Shown: piece after piece, positions 1-12,200 of the stretch
Layout: each line of letters opens with the position of its first letter
Numbering within the stretch: position 1 is the stretch's first letter
NCBI GenBank assembly: GCA_965202985.1
Contig: CBDBCF010000002.1
Span: 64,001 to 128,000, forward strand
Reading direction: 5' to 3'
DNA: 64,000 nt
Source of the DNA: Longimicrobiales bacterium
GTDB taxonomy: Bacteria > Gemmatimonadota > Gemmatimonadetes > Longimicrobiales > Gaopeijiaceae
Position numbers and translations under genes: made by a program
The notes under the pieces: model-generated
The model's database searches: none
Told to the model about the DNA's origin: nothing
What the model saw: only the letters and a program-made list of their open reading frames with translations

Positions 1-460
1 GGAGCTGGTCTTCGCGGGTCAGCTCACGGGCGTGGAGGGCTACACCGAGTCCGCGGCGTCCGGGATCCTGGCGGGGGTCAACCTGGACCGGGTCGTGGAC
101 GGAAAGGAGCCCGTGCTGCCGCCGCCCGAGACGATGCTGGGCGGCCTCTGCCGATACTTGCGAGAGGCGGACCCGGCCAACTTCCAGCCCATGAACTCCA
201 ACTGGGGCTTGGTGGACCCGCTGCCCGGCGCGCCCCGCAAGAAGGCCGACCGCCGCCAAGCCCTGGCCGAGCGGGCCGACCGCCGCTTCCGCCGCTGGCT
301 GGCCGAGACGGGCGGTCCTCCGACCGCCAGCGCTCGGACCGCCAAGGGCGCCAGCGCGACCGCCTGCACTCCCGTCGCCAGCGGCGCTCCCGCGACCGCC
401 GAAGCCTCCCCTGTCGCCGCGCTCCCGTCGGCGCCCCCCGCCGCCGACCCGGTCCGGTGA
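1..460 (+). CDS. trmFO: tRNA (uracil-5-)-methyltransferase TrmFO (Gid), C-terminal part; 5' end lies outside the window
   Basis: Frame from the window edge reads ELVFAGQLTGVEGYTESAASG...FQPMNSNWGL, typical TrmFO C-terminal motifs. Ala/Pro-rich tail. Stop overlaps the xerC start (GTGA). Confidence 0.9.
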   Translation, partial: ELVFAGQLTGVEGYTESAASGILAGVNLDRVVDGKEPVLPPPETMLGGLCRYLREADPANFQPMNSNWGLVDPLPGAPRKKADRRQALAERADRRFRRWLAETGGPPTASARTAKGASATACTPVASGAPATAEASPVAALPSAPPAADPVR

Positions 461-1374
461 CCCCGCAGACCGCCCGCTTCCTCCACCACCTGGAGGCGGC
501 CCGAGACCTGTCGCCCAACACCGTCTCCGCGTACCAGCGCGACTTGGCCGACCTGGAAGCGTTTGTCGCCGTCTACCTGGGCCGCGACGACTTCCAGTGG
601 CAAGACGTGACCCGGGGCGTGATCCGCGCCTTCCTGGGCGACGCCGGGCGCAAGGGACTGGCGCCTCGCACGGTGGCCCGCAAGCTCTCCGCCGCGCGCG
701 CCTTCCTGGGCTACCTTCGCCGCGAAGGCGACCTCCCGTCCAACCCGGCCGTCTCGGTGCGCGGTCCCAAGCTCGACCGGACCCTGCCGGGCCACATGCG
801 CGCCGCCGAAGCGCAGGCCCTCTTCGACTGGGCCGAAGCCGCTGCAGTCGCCGAAGCCGCCGCCGGGAACGGCCTGGGCGCCACTCGCCTCCTGGCCATC
901 CTGGAACTCCTCTACGGAAGCGGCTTGCGCCTGTCCGAGCTGGCCTCCCTCGATCTGGGCTCGGTGGATGTCGAACGGGGCCAGCTCCGCGTCCTGGGCA
1001 AGGGCCGAAAGGAGCGCCTGACGCCCGTCACCCAGTCCGCCGCGCGCGCGCTGGCGCACTACCTTCCCCGACGGTTGGAGTTCGCACGCCCGGGCGAATC
1101 CGCTCTCTTCCTGAACCGACGCGGCGGCCGCCTCTCCACGCGCTACATCCAGCGATGCGTCCGGAAAGCCGTCGCCGACTACGCCAGCGCCGCGGGCCTC
1201 TCGGTCCACTCCTTGCGACACTCTTTCGCCACGCATCTCCTCGACTCCGGGGCCGACCTCATGGCCGTCAAGGAACTCCTCGGCCACGCATCGCTGTCCA
1301 CTACCCAGATCTACGCGCACACGTCCAAGGAGCGGCTCCGCCGCGTCTACAAGGCGGCCCATCCGAGGGCGTAG
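457..1374 (+). CDS. xerC: Tyrosine recombinase XerC
   Basis: LYGSGLRLSEL (catalytic R), GKGRKER (K), HSLRHSFATHLL (HxxR), LGHASLSTTQIY (H, Y), ends AHPRA; follows trmFO. Confidence 0.9.
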   Translation: MTPQTARFLHHLEAARDLSPNTVSAYQRDLADLEAFVAVYLGRDDFQWQDVTRGVIRAFLGDAGRKGLAPRTVARKLSAARAFLGYLRREGDLPSNPAVSVRGPKLDRTLPGHMRAAEAQALFDWAEAAAVAEAAAGNGLGATRLLAILELLYGSGLRLSELASLDLGSVDVERGQLRVLGKGRKERLTPVTQSAARALAHYLPRRLEFARPGESALFLNRRGGRLSTRYIQRCVRKAVADYASAAGLSVHSLRHSFATHLLDSGADLMAVKELLGHASLSTTQIYAHTSKERLRRVYKAAHPRA

Positions 1375-1481
1375 GTTAGCGGGCCGACGGCTCGAACTCG
1401 CGCGCCAACGGCCTCCGGCGACCGTCCCGAGCGGACCAGGGCGACGCTCTCCCGCCGGTACGCCGACCCCGTTGACATGAC

Positions 1482-3278
1482 CCCGCCTTATTCAGCCCGC
1501 CTTATTCATGACTCGTGTGAAGTGTGGTTGGGGCGAGATTGCGGATGTGCGCAAGGCGAGCAGCGCAAGACGAGCGCGCGAGCGGGCCGAATTGGCGATT
1601 TCAGACGGTGGAGACGAGGCGCGCAAGGGGATTTTGGGCGTTCGGAGCGCGTTGCTGCGCGCGCTGGATGCACTGGTGCGTCGGAGCGGCCGTCGAGGCC
1701 GGAACGGCGACGGGCGCTGGTGCGGCGCTAGCCGCCCGGGTCCGGCAGCAGGGCGAGCTGTCGGGTGGCCAGCGTCCAGTGGCCCGCCGAGCGGCCGACG
1801 ATCGTGACGACGCGGCGTCCGGAGACGGTGAACCGAGCGGGCGCGCGCAGCACGCGTTCGAGCAGGCGACGCAAGCTCCACCCGGTCTGGGTGGCGCGTT
1901 CCAGCAGCGTGCGCAGCACGTGCATGGTCTGGTAGCCGAACAGCGCGACGAGCAGGCGCACCTCGTTGCAGGCGAAGGCGTCGACGCTCGGGCCGCGCTG
2001 GCCGACCGGTCGGCCCCCGTACCAGCGCTTGGGCCGCGGCGACGACGACAGCGCCGGGTCCACCACGCTCTTCAACTCGCCCATGTGGCCCTCCGCCTTG
2101 CCGCGCTTCCGGTAGAGCGCCAGCAGCGCCGCGGCGGGCATCGCGGCCGCCGCCATCGACGTGATCAGCCAGAACACCTCCGGGAACAGCTCGCCGGGCC
2201 GCTCCTTGACCACGCACACCACGCGCCTGGACTGCGACCACGAAGCCGCCCGATAGCCCTGCTCCGGCTCCCACCACCACATCCGCGCATCGTCGCCCGC
2301 CTCCCGCAAGTCGTACCACGTCTCCTGCACCGCTTCGTCCACCGCCCGCTCGGCCAACCGGTCGAGCACAGCGTTCCGACGGAGCCTGGCCACGAACGGC
2401 GCGCGCCGGTCCTCGAGCCGCCCGCATCAGCTGCTCGGCCGGGTACCCCGCGTCCATGCGCACCACCGCCTTGTGGCAGCAGTGCCGCTCGACGCGGTCG
2501 AGCACCGCCAACACGAACTCCGTCCCGCCCGCAGCCGTGTGCGCCTTGCCCGCCCGCAGCCGAGCGTCCAGCAAGTCGCCCGTCTCCGCCGACGACGCCA
2601 CCAGCGGATGGTACACCGTCGCCTTGCAGTAGCCGTTCCAGCCGCTGCCCGCTCGCTTGCCGTGAACCTCGATCGGCAGGCTGTCCACGTCCACCACCAT
2701 CTCCGCCAGCCGACGCCCGCCGTTGCGCGCCCGAAGACGCCAGCCCGCCAGCCGCGCCAGCCCCTCCCGCAACACCGCCGGGTTGTCCCCGCGCGACAGC
2801 ATCGCCACCAGCCGCGACAGCGTCGGCTGCGACGCCAGCACACGCCCCGCCGCCAACGGCGTCGTGCCCGCCCGCCCGCTCGCAGCCAGCCGGAACGCCG
2901 GATCGTCCCGCAACATCGTCGCGTCGGCGTGGTCCCGACGACACTGAGCCGCCAGCAGGCACGCCGTCCGCACCAGCTCCGCCAGCGAATGCCGTGTCCT
3001 GCGCGGGTCCCGAGCGTCGTCGATCCGCTCGCTCAACCAGCGGTCCACGCCGCTCGCGCTCAACACCTCGCGACACAAGAGAACGCCCGCGTCGCCCGTC
3101 ACCTTGTCGGGCCGAACCTCGACCCGCACCGACTTGTTGTACCGAAACGGAGCACCCATTATCTTCACCTTGGCGTTGCGTGCGGCAGGCCGCCGGTTCT
3201 CGGCCCGTGAACCTTGAACCTAATGGCCTGCCGCCGCACGCCACACCCCTTACGCCTGAACCTCGTGAATAAGGCGGG
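1482..3278 (-). mobile_element. IS1380-family insertion sequence (~1.8 kb)
   Basis: Perfect 13-bp terminal inverted repeats: CCCGCCTTATTCA (1482-1494, repeated at 1496-1508) and TGAATAAGGCGGG (3266-3278). Flanks are ATGA(C) at 1477-1481 and ATGA(T) at 3279-3283, a probable target duplication. Encloses a DDE transposase. Confidence 0.88.
1728..3168 (-). pseudogene. IS1380-family DDE transposase with one +1 frameshift near 2418-2424
   Basis: N-half has VTGDAGVLL, LASQPTLSRL, VDVDS, YHPL, LRAG, RMDAGY. C-half, in another frame, has FVARLRRN...LYRKRGKAEGHMGELK...NEVRL. Minus strand reads ATG CGG GCG G CTC GAG GAC, one extra base (real or sequencing error). Confidence 0.85.
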
Positions 3279-6200
3279 ATGATGAGCCCCCCCCCCCCCC
3301 CCTTGTTTTCGGCTCCCGCGATGTTGGTAGCGAGGGCCGCTCTCGCGGCTCTCGGCCTGCTGGCGGCGTCCGGGGGCGCGGCGCCGGCGTCGCTTAGTGC
3401 CCAGACGGCGCCGACGGTGACAGATGTACTTGTCGGCAGTAGCCCGCTGGGTGCCACCGGCACTTACGGGCGGCCGCAGCAGATTCGGGTTGGCGTGCAG
3501 TTCAGCGAGAACGTGGATGTGACGGGCACGCCGCAGCTGGCGCTGACGATCGGGAGCGCGACGAGGCAGGCGGACTACGTACTTGGCACGGGCACGCGCC
3601 TGCTGACGTTCGGGTATACGGTGGTAGCTGCGGACAGCGACACGGACGGCATCAGCATCGGCGCGAGCGCATTGACGCTGAACGGAGGGACGATCAAGAG
3701 GGCGGGCTCGACGACGAACGCGACTCTGTCGCTGGGGAGCCACGCCATCTCGAATGTTTCGAACCACAAGGTGAACGGCTCACTGATTGTGCCGATGGTG
3801 TCCCGCGTGCGGCTTATCAGCAACCCGGGTAACGATTCGACCTACGCCGCAGGCGACCCCATCACCGTTGAAGTTGCCTTCGACCAAAGCGTAAACATGC
3901 CGGATTTCGCGGGTCAAATGAAGGTGGACTACCGCATCGGCAACAACGTCCGGGAGGCGTCGTGGTACACCAAGGGCGGCAATGTGGTTTGGCTTCGTTA
4001 CCACACGACGCGGGACGATGTCGACGCGGACGGCATCAGCGTTCCGGGACCGCTCAAGAACTTTGGTCCTACAATCACTCGCTCGGGAGGCTCGGAAAGA
4101 GCCGAGCTGCGATTTTTCTCCCACGCAATCTCCAACGCCCGTGGCCACAAGGTGAACGGTCTCCAGGGCGTGCCGCACGTTACGGGGGTCGGGATTGCGA
4201 GCGACGCGGGCAACGACAGCACCTACGGTGTGGGCGACGCGATCGAGATCGGCGTTAGGTTCAGCGAGAACGTGGACGTGACGGATGCGCCGCAGCTGGC
4301 GCTGACGATCGGCGCGGCGACCAGGCAGGCGCGCTACCTGTCGGGCACGGGCGGCGATTCGCTGACGTTCGGCTATCAGGTGGTGGCGGCGGACGCGGAC
4401 ACGGTCGGGATCAGCATCGGGGCGAGCGCGCTGGCGCTGAACGGCGGGACGATCAACAAGGCCGGCTCGGCGGTGACGGCGTACCTGCCCTTGAGGACTC
4501 ACGTCGTGACCAACGCCGCCGCCCACAAGGTGGACGGCACGCAGGCGGGGCCGCCGTACGTCTCGGGCGTGGCGTTTGCGAGCAGCCCCGGTGGAGGCAT
4601 CTACGGGACGGGCGACACGATCGTGGTCGCGGTCGCGTTCAACGAGAACGTGGACGTGACGGGCACGCCGCAGCTGGCGCTGACGATCGGGAGCGCGACG
4701 AGGCAGGCGAACTACGCCTCGGGGACGGGGAATGATACGCTGACGTTCCGTTACGCGCCGGTGGCGGGCGACTTGGACGAGGACGGCATCAGCATCGGCG
4801 CGAACGCTTTGGCGCTGAACGGCGGCACGGTCCGGCGGTCGGGCGCGACGGTGAACGCGCGTCTGGGGTTGTCGCTCCATGCCGTAATCAACGAGGCCGC
4901 GCACAAGGTGGTGGTTGTGCAGGGCTTGGCGCACGTCGTGCGCACGTCGATCGCGAGCGACGCGGGCGCGGACAGCACGTACGAGGTGGGCGACACGATC
5001 GAGATCGCGCTCGTGTTCAATGAGAACGTGGACGTGACGGGGACGCCGCAGCTGGCGTTGGAGATCGGGAGCGCGACCAGGCGGGCGAACTACTTCGCGG
5101 GCACGGGCGGCGATTCGCTTGCGTTCCGCTACGTGACGGTGCTGGCGGACGTGGACAGCACCGGCGTCAGCTATTCGTGGGACGCATTGACGCTGAACGG
5201 CGGCACGATCAAGAGGGCGGGCGCGACGGCGGACGCGTACTTGGGGTTGCGAACCCACGTGGTGACGGACGACCCGACGCACAAGGTGCTTCCCACGAGC
5301 AACAAGGTGACGGGGTTGTCGGTCAACTCGGCGGGCGCGGACTCGATCTTCGCGAGAGGCGACACGGTGAAGGTGACGCTGGCTTTCAGGGAGACGACGG
5401 TCGTGACGGGCACGCCGCGGATGAGGATCTGGCTGGGCGCTGGTCACGGCTGGGCGACCTACCATTCGGGGTCGGGCACGAGCGAGTTGGAGTTCCGCTA
5501 CGTGGTGCAGTCGGGGATCGAGGACAAAAACGGCGTGGGGATACTGAGCGACGCCGTCGACCTGAACGCGGGTACGATCAGGGCCGCCAACGAGATCAAC
5601 GTGAATCCATGGATAGACGCGTCGCTGACGATAGTGGACGATCCCAGATGGAAGGTGGCGGGCTCGGCGCGAGTGACGAGCGTTTCGGTGGGGTCGCCGC
5701 CGACGGGCGACGTGTTCGAGCGCGGCGACACGATCGTGGTGACGATGGTCTACTCGGACTCGGTGGACGTGACGGGCGTTCCGACGGCGTGGCTGAAGCT
5801 CACGTCAGCTGCGTACAGGCCGGCGCTGTACGCGTCGGGCACGGGCACGGACACTCTGGAGTTCCGCTACGTGGTGGAGGCTGGGGACAACGACAACGAC
5901 GGCCTGAGCGTCTACGGCACCGCGATTCAGTTGACGGGTGGCTCGACGATCAGAGAGGCGGGCACCACCACGAGCGCGTTTCACGACACGCCCTGGCCCC
6001 ATGCGGGTCAGGACGCGATCGCGAACAGCGCGGGTCACAAGGTGGCGGGCGCGGCGCGGGTGGCGAGCGTTTCGGTGGGGTCGCCGCTTTTGGGCGACAC
6101 GTTCGAGCGTGGCGACACGATCAAGGTGACGCTGGTCTACACGGACTCGGTGGATGTGACGGGGGTTCCGACGGTGTGGGTGACGATCGGGTCGAATCCG

Positions 6201-9200
6201 TGGGCTGGGGCGACGTACGTGGCGGGGAGCGGGACGGATTCGTTGGAGTTCCACTACGTGGTGCAGGCGGCGGATACGGACGCCGACGGGATCAGCATGG
6301 TGGGCAACGCATTGCAGTGGACGGGGGGCTCGACGATCAGGGAGGCGGGCACGAGCACGAACACGTTCAGCAATACGCCCTGGCGAGGCCCGGGTTCAGG
6401 CGGGTACGCGATCACGAACAGCGCGGGCCACAAGGTTGCGGGTTCGCAGGTGACGGCGCCGACGGTGACCGGCGTGGCGATTTCCAGTAGTGCGGGCGCC
6501 GACAATGCATACGGCTACGGGGACACGATCGCGGCGACGGTGTCGTTCTTTCGGCCGGTGACGGCGACGGGGACGCCGCAACTGGCGCTGTCGATCGGCG
6601 ACTCGACGCGACAGGCGGACTATTCGAGCGGTACGGGGACGGGCGCGCTGGAGTTCCAGTACGTGGTGGTGGCGTCGGACGTGGACGCGGACGGGTTGAG
6701 CATTGGTGCGAGCGCTCTGGCCTTGAACGGGGGGACGATCGTCGACGTGCGGGACGGATCGACGGCGGCGAGTCTGGGGTTGGGGAGCCATGCGATCACG
6801 AACGCTTCGGCGCACAAGGTGCAGGGCAACGTGCCTGTCGTGACGAGCGCGTTTTTCATGTCGGCGGCGAACACCGGGCTGGCGTACGCGAGCACGGACA
6901 GCGTGTTCGGACTGGGCGACGAGATACGCGTGGGCGTCGGGTTCAGCACGGGCGTGACGGCGACGGGCACGCCGCGACTGGCTTTGGGGATCGGCGCGCA
7001 GACGCGGAGCGCTGCGCTGTGCGGCACGTCGGGCGGCGTCATCTTGGTGTTCTGCTACACGGTGGTTGCTGCGGACGCGGACGCGACGGGGATCAGCATC
7101 GGGGCGAACGCGCTGACGTTGCCGGGCGGCGCGACGATTCGAGCGACGGGGACGACGACGGACGCTCGGCTGTCGCTGGCGCCGTGGAACTTCGCGGACG
7201 CGGTGGCGTACCAAGTGGACGGGAGCAAGGAGGTGGCGCCGGGGGTGAGCGGCGTGGCGATATCGAGCGCGCCGGCGAGCGACAGCACGTACGGACGTAC
7301 GGAGGCGATCGAGGTCGAGGTCGAGTTTGAGCGGTCGGTGGCGGTGACGGGCACGCCGCAGCTGGCGTTGTCGATCGACACGCTGACGCGTCAGGCGGGG
7401 TACGCGAGCGGTTCGGGTACGCGGACGCTAGTGTTCCGCTACGTGGTGGCGGCTGTGGACGCGGACGCGAACGGCATCAGCATCGCAGCGAGCGCGCTGA
7501 CGCTGAACGGCGGGACGATCGTGCTCGCGGGCGGCACGACGGCGGCGACGTTGGGGCTGGGCACGAACGCGATAACGAACGCTGCTGCGCACAAGGTGAA
7601 CGGAAGCCTGGGACCGCCGGGCGTGACGGGACTGACGATCGGTTCGCCTGTGGTTGGCGACGTGTTCGAGCGTGGCGAGACGATCGAGGTCGAACTGGAG
7701 TTCAACCGCGCGGTGGACGTGACGGGCACGCCGCGGCTCGCACTGACGATCGGTTCAGCGACTAGGCAGGCGAGCTACGCGAGCGGTTCGGGGACGACGG
7801 GGCTGGTGTTCCGGTACGTGGTGGCGTCGGGCGACGCGGATGCGGACGGATTGAGCATCGGCGCGAGCGCATTGGCGCTGAGCGGCGGTACGATCCGTCT
7901 GGCTGGCGGGACGCTGGACGCGACTTTGGGGCTGGGCGTGGGCGTGGTGGTGACGAACAGCGGCGGCCACCAAGTGGCGGGCGGCACGTTCACGGTGCCG
8001 GCGGTGAGTGCGGTGGCGATATCGAGCGCTCCGGCGAGCGGTCAGACGTACCAGTTGGGCGAGTCGATCGAGGTGAAGGTGGCGTTCGGGCGGCCTGTGG
8101 CGGTGACGGGCACGCCGCGGCTGGCGCTGACGATTGGGACGGTCGCTCGTCAGGCGAGCTACGCATCGGCGACGAGCAAGGCGGACACGCTGGTGTTCGG
8201 GTACGCGGTTCGTCCTTCGGACGCGGACACGGACGGATTGAGCATCGCAGCGAGCGCGCTGACGCTGAGCGGCGGGACGATCGTCGACGTGCGTCCGGGC
8301 GCGGTTGCTGCTGCGCTGGACTTGGGTTCGAGCGCGGTGACGAACGACGCTTCGCACAAGGTGAACGGCGGGCTGGGTCCGCCGGGGGTGACGGGCCTGA
8401 CGGTGGCGTCGCCGCCGACGGGCACGACGTTCGAGCGCGGCGACACGGTGGTTGCGACGGTGCGGTTCAACAAGTCGGTGGACGTGACGGGCACGCCGCG
8501 GCTCGCACTGGGGATCGGTTCGCAGACGCGACAGGCTGCGTATGCGTCGGGGACGGGCACGGCGGCGCTGGTGTTCCGTTACGTGGTGGTGACGGCGGAC
8601 GTGGACGCGGACGGATTGAGCGTAGGCGCGAGCGCGTTGACGCTGAACGGCGGTACGATCGACGTTGCGGGCGGTACGACGGACGCCTTGTTGAGCTTGG
8701 AGCATCAAGCGTTCAGCGATTTTCTGGTGGTGAACGGCGGATTGTTCACGGCGTCGTCGGTGTCGGGGGTGTCGATCTCGAGCAGTCCGGCGAGCGACAG
8801 CACGTACGGTCGGACGGAGCAGATCGAGGTGGAGGTGACGTTCGACCGCAACGTGGCGGTGACGGGCGCGCCGCAGGTCGCGCTGACGATCGGTTCGCAG
8901 ACGCGCCAGGCCGCGTATGCGAGCGGGAGCGGTACGAAGACGCTGACGTTCTCCTACACGGTTGTGGCTGCGGACGCGGACGCGAACGGGATCAGCATCG
9001 GGACGAGCGCGTTGGCGCTGAACAGCGGGACGATCGTGGACGCTCGTGACGCGAACGAGGCTGCGGGGCTGGGCTTGGGTTCGAACGCGATAGCGAACGC
9101 TGCTGCGCACAAGGTGGACGGTGCGCAGGGACCGCCGGGTGTGATCGGCGTGGTCGTCGGGTCGCCGCCGGTGGGCGACACGTTCGAGCGGGGCGACGCG

Positions 9201-12200
9201 GTTGCGGCGACGGTGACGTTCAACCGCGCGGTGGCCGTGACGGGCACGCCGCAGCTGGCTTTGGGGATCGGGAGTCAGACGCGGCAGGCGAGCTATGCGA
9301 GCGGCAGCGGCACGGCGTCGTTGGTGTTCCAGTACACGGTGGTGCAGGCGGACGTGGACGCGGACGGGTTGAGCATCGGGACGAGCGCTTTGGCGTTGAA
9401 CAGCGGGACGATCCGTTTGTCGGGCGGGACGCTGGACGCGACGTTGGGGCTGGGGACGCACGCGATATCGAACAGCGGGAGCCACAAGGTGGCGGGCGGT
9501 ACGTTCACGGCGTCGTCGGTGAGCGGCGTGGCGATAACGAGCAGTCCGTCGAGCGGTGACACTTACGGTCTGGGCGAGGAGATCGAGGTCGAGGTGACGT
9601 TCGTGCGGCCGGTAGTGACGGGCGGCACGCCGCAGCTGGCGCTGACGGTGGGTGCTGCGACGCGACAGGCGGACTACGCGAGCGGGACGTTCACGAAGAC
9701 GCTGACGTTCGGGTACGAGGTGGCGGCGGGGGACGCGGACGCGAACGGCATCGGCATTGGCGCGAGCGCGTTGGCGTTGAACGGCGGCACGATCAACGAC
9801 GCTCGGGGCGGCACGACGGCGGCGGGCCTGGGGCTGGGCTCGAGCGCGATCGCGAACGCTGCTGCGCACAAGGTGGACGGCGCGCTCGGACCGCCGGGTG
9901 TGGCGGGTTTGTCGATCGGATCGCCGGAGGTGGGCGACACGTTCGAGCGCGGCGAGACGATCGAGGTCAAGGTGGCGTTCAACAAGTCGGTGGCGGTGAC
10001 GGGAACGCCGCGGCTGGCGCTGGGGATCGGGAGCGCGACGAAGCAGGCGAGCTACGCTGCGGGGACGGGGACGGACACGCTGGTGTTCCGGTACGTGGTG
10101 GTGACGGCGGACGTGGACGCGGACGGGTTGAGCATCGGCACGAGCGCGTTGGCTTTGAACGGTGGTACGGTCCGTCGGTCGGGCGGTACGACGGACGCGG
10201 TGCTGAGCCTGCGCGATCACTACGTCACCGACAGCGGGAACTACAAGGTTGCGGGCGGCACGTTCACGGCTGCTGCGGTGAGCGGTGTGACGATATCGAG
10301 CAGTCCGTCGAGCGACAGCACGTACGGACGTACGGAGGTGATCGAGGTCGAGGTTGGGTTCACGCGCCCGGTGACGGTGACGGGCGCGCCGCAGTTGGCG
10401 CTGACGATCGGTTCGCAGACGCGTCAGGCGTCGTACGCGAGCGGGACGGGGACGGCGACGCTGGCGTTCCGGTACACGGTGGTTGCGACGGACGCGGACT
10501 CGACGGGGATCGGCATCGCGGCGAGCGCGTTGGCGCTGAACGGCGGAACGATCGCCGACGCTCGGGGCGGCACGACGGCGGCGGGCCTGGGTCTGGGGAG
10601 CAACGCGATATCGAACGATGCGGCGCACAAGGTGGACGGCAGCCGCGGGCCGCCGGGGGTGACGTCGCTGTCGATCGGCTCTCCGACGGTGGGCGACGTG
10701 TTCGAGCGGGGCGAGACGATCGAGGTGTCGCTGGTGTTCAACCGGTCGGTGGATGTGACGGGTGTGCCGCGGTTGGCGCTGACGGTCGGGAGCGCGACTA
10801 GGCAGGCGAGCTACGCGAGCGGGAGCGGCACGGACACGCTGGTGTTCCGTTACGTGGTGGCGACGGGCGACGCGGACGCGGACGGGATCAGCATCGCGGC
10901 GAGCGCATTGGCGCTGAGCGGCGGTACGATCAAGGTCGCGGGCGGGACGCTGGATGCGACTTTGGGGCTGGGTTCGAGCGTGGTGACGAACAGCCCGGGC
11001 CACAAGGTTGCGGGCGGCACGTTCACGACGCCGGCTGTGAGCGCGGTGACGATATCGAGCGCTCCGGCGAGCGGTCAGACGTACCAGTTGGGCGAGTCGA
11101 TCGAGGTGAAGGTGGCGTTCGGACGACCGGTGGCGGTGACGGGCGCACCGCGGCTGGCGCTGACGATCGGGACGCAGACGCGGCAAGCGGGCTACGTGGC
11201 CGCTTCGAGCAAGGCGGACACGCTGGTGTTCGGGTACGCGATCCGTCCGGCGGATGCGGACACCGACGGCATCGGCATCGGTGCGAGCGCGCTGGCGCTG
11301 AACGGGGGCGCGATCGCCGACGTGCGTCCGGGCGCTGCTGCTGCTGCGCTTGGACTGGGCGTGCGTGCGATATCGAACGCTGCGTCGCACAAGGTGAACG
11401 GCAGCCTGGGGCCGCCGGGCGTGGTGGGGTTGGCGGTGGCAGCGCCGCCGGTGGGCAACACGTTCGAGCGAGGCGACACGATTGTGGCGACGGTGACGTT
11501 CAACAAGGCGGTGGACGCGACGGGCGCGCCGCAGCTGGCGTTGTCGATTGGCGCACAGCAGGTGGGAGCCTACGCGAGCGCGGCGACGGGCACGACGTCG
11601 TTGGAGTTCCGGTACGTGGTGATTTCGGGCGACGCGGACACGGACGGGTTGAGCATCCGCGCGAATGCGCTGACGCTGAACGGCGGTACGATCGACGTGG
11701 CGAGCGGTACGACGGACGCGTTGTTGAGCTTGGAGCATCATGCGATCAGCAACGCGAGCGGGCGCCGGGTCGCTGGCGGGACGTTCACGGCGGCGTCGGT
11801 GAGCGCGGTGTCGATCACGAGCAGTCCGGCGGGCGGCGGCACGTACGGATTGAGCGAGGAGATCGGCGTCGATGTGACGTTCAACCGGAACGTGGCGGTG
11901 ACGGGGTCGCCGGAGCTGGCGCTGACGATCGGTTCGCGGACGCGACAGGCGTCGTACGTGGCGACGACGGGTGGCCGGGTGCTGTCGTTCGCGTACACGG
12001 TGGTTGCTGGCGACGCGGACGGGAACGGGATCGGCATCGGCGCGAGCGCGTTGTCGCTGAACGGCGGGACGGTCGCAGACGCGCGCGACGCGAACGAGGC
12101 TGCGAGCCTGGGGTTGGGCGGCCACGCGGTCTCGAACAGCGGCGGCCACCGGGTGGACGGTGCTCAGGGCCCGCCGGGCGTGAGCGCGGTGTCGATCGCG

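Noticed and set aside
457..1374. xerC as the integrase of the adjacent 16-kb insert
   Set aside because: Sequence and trmFO/hslV context indicate the housekeeping XerC; no att or dif-like site was recognised.
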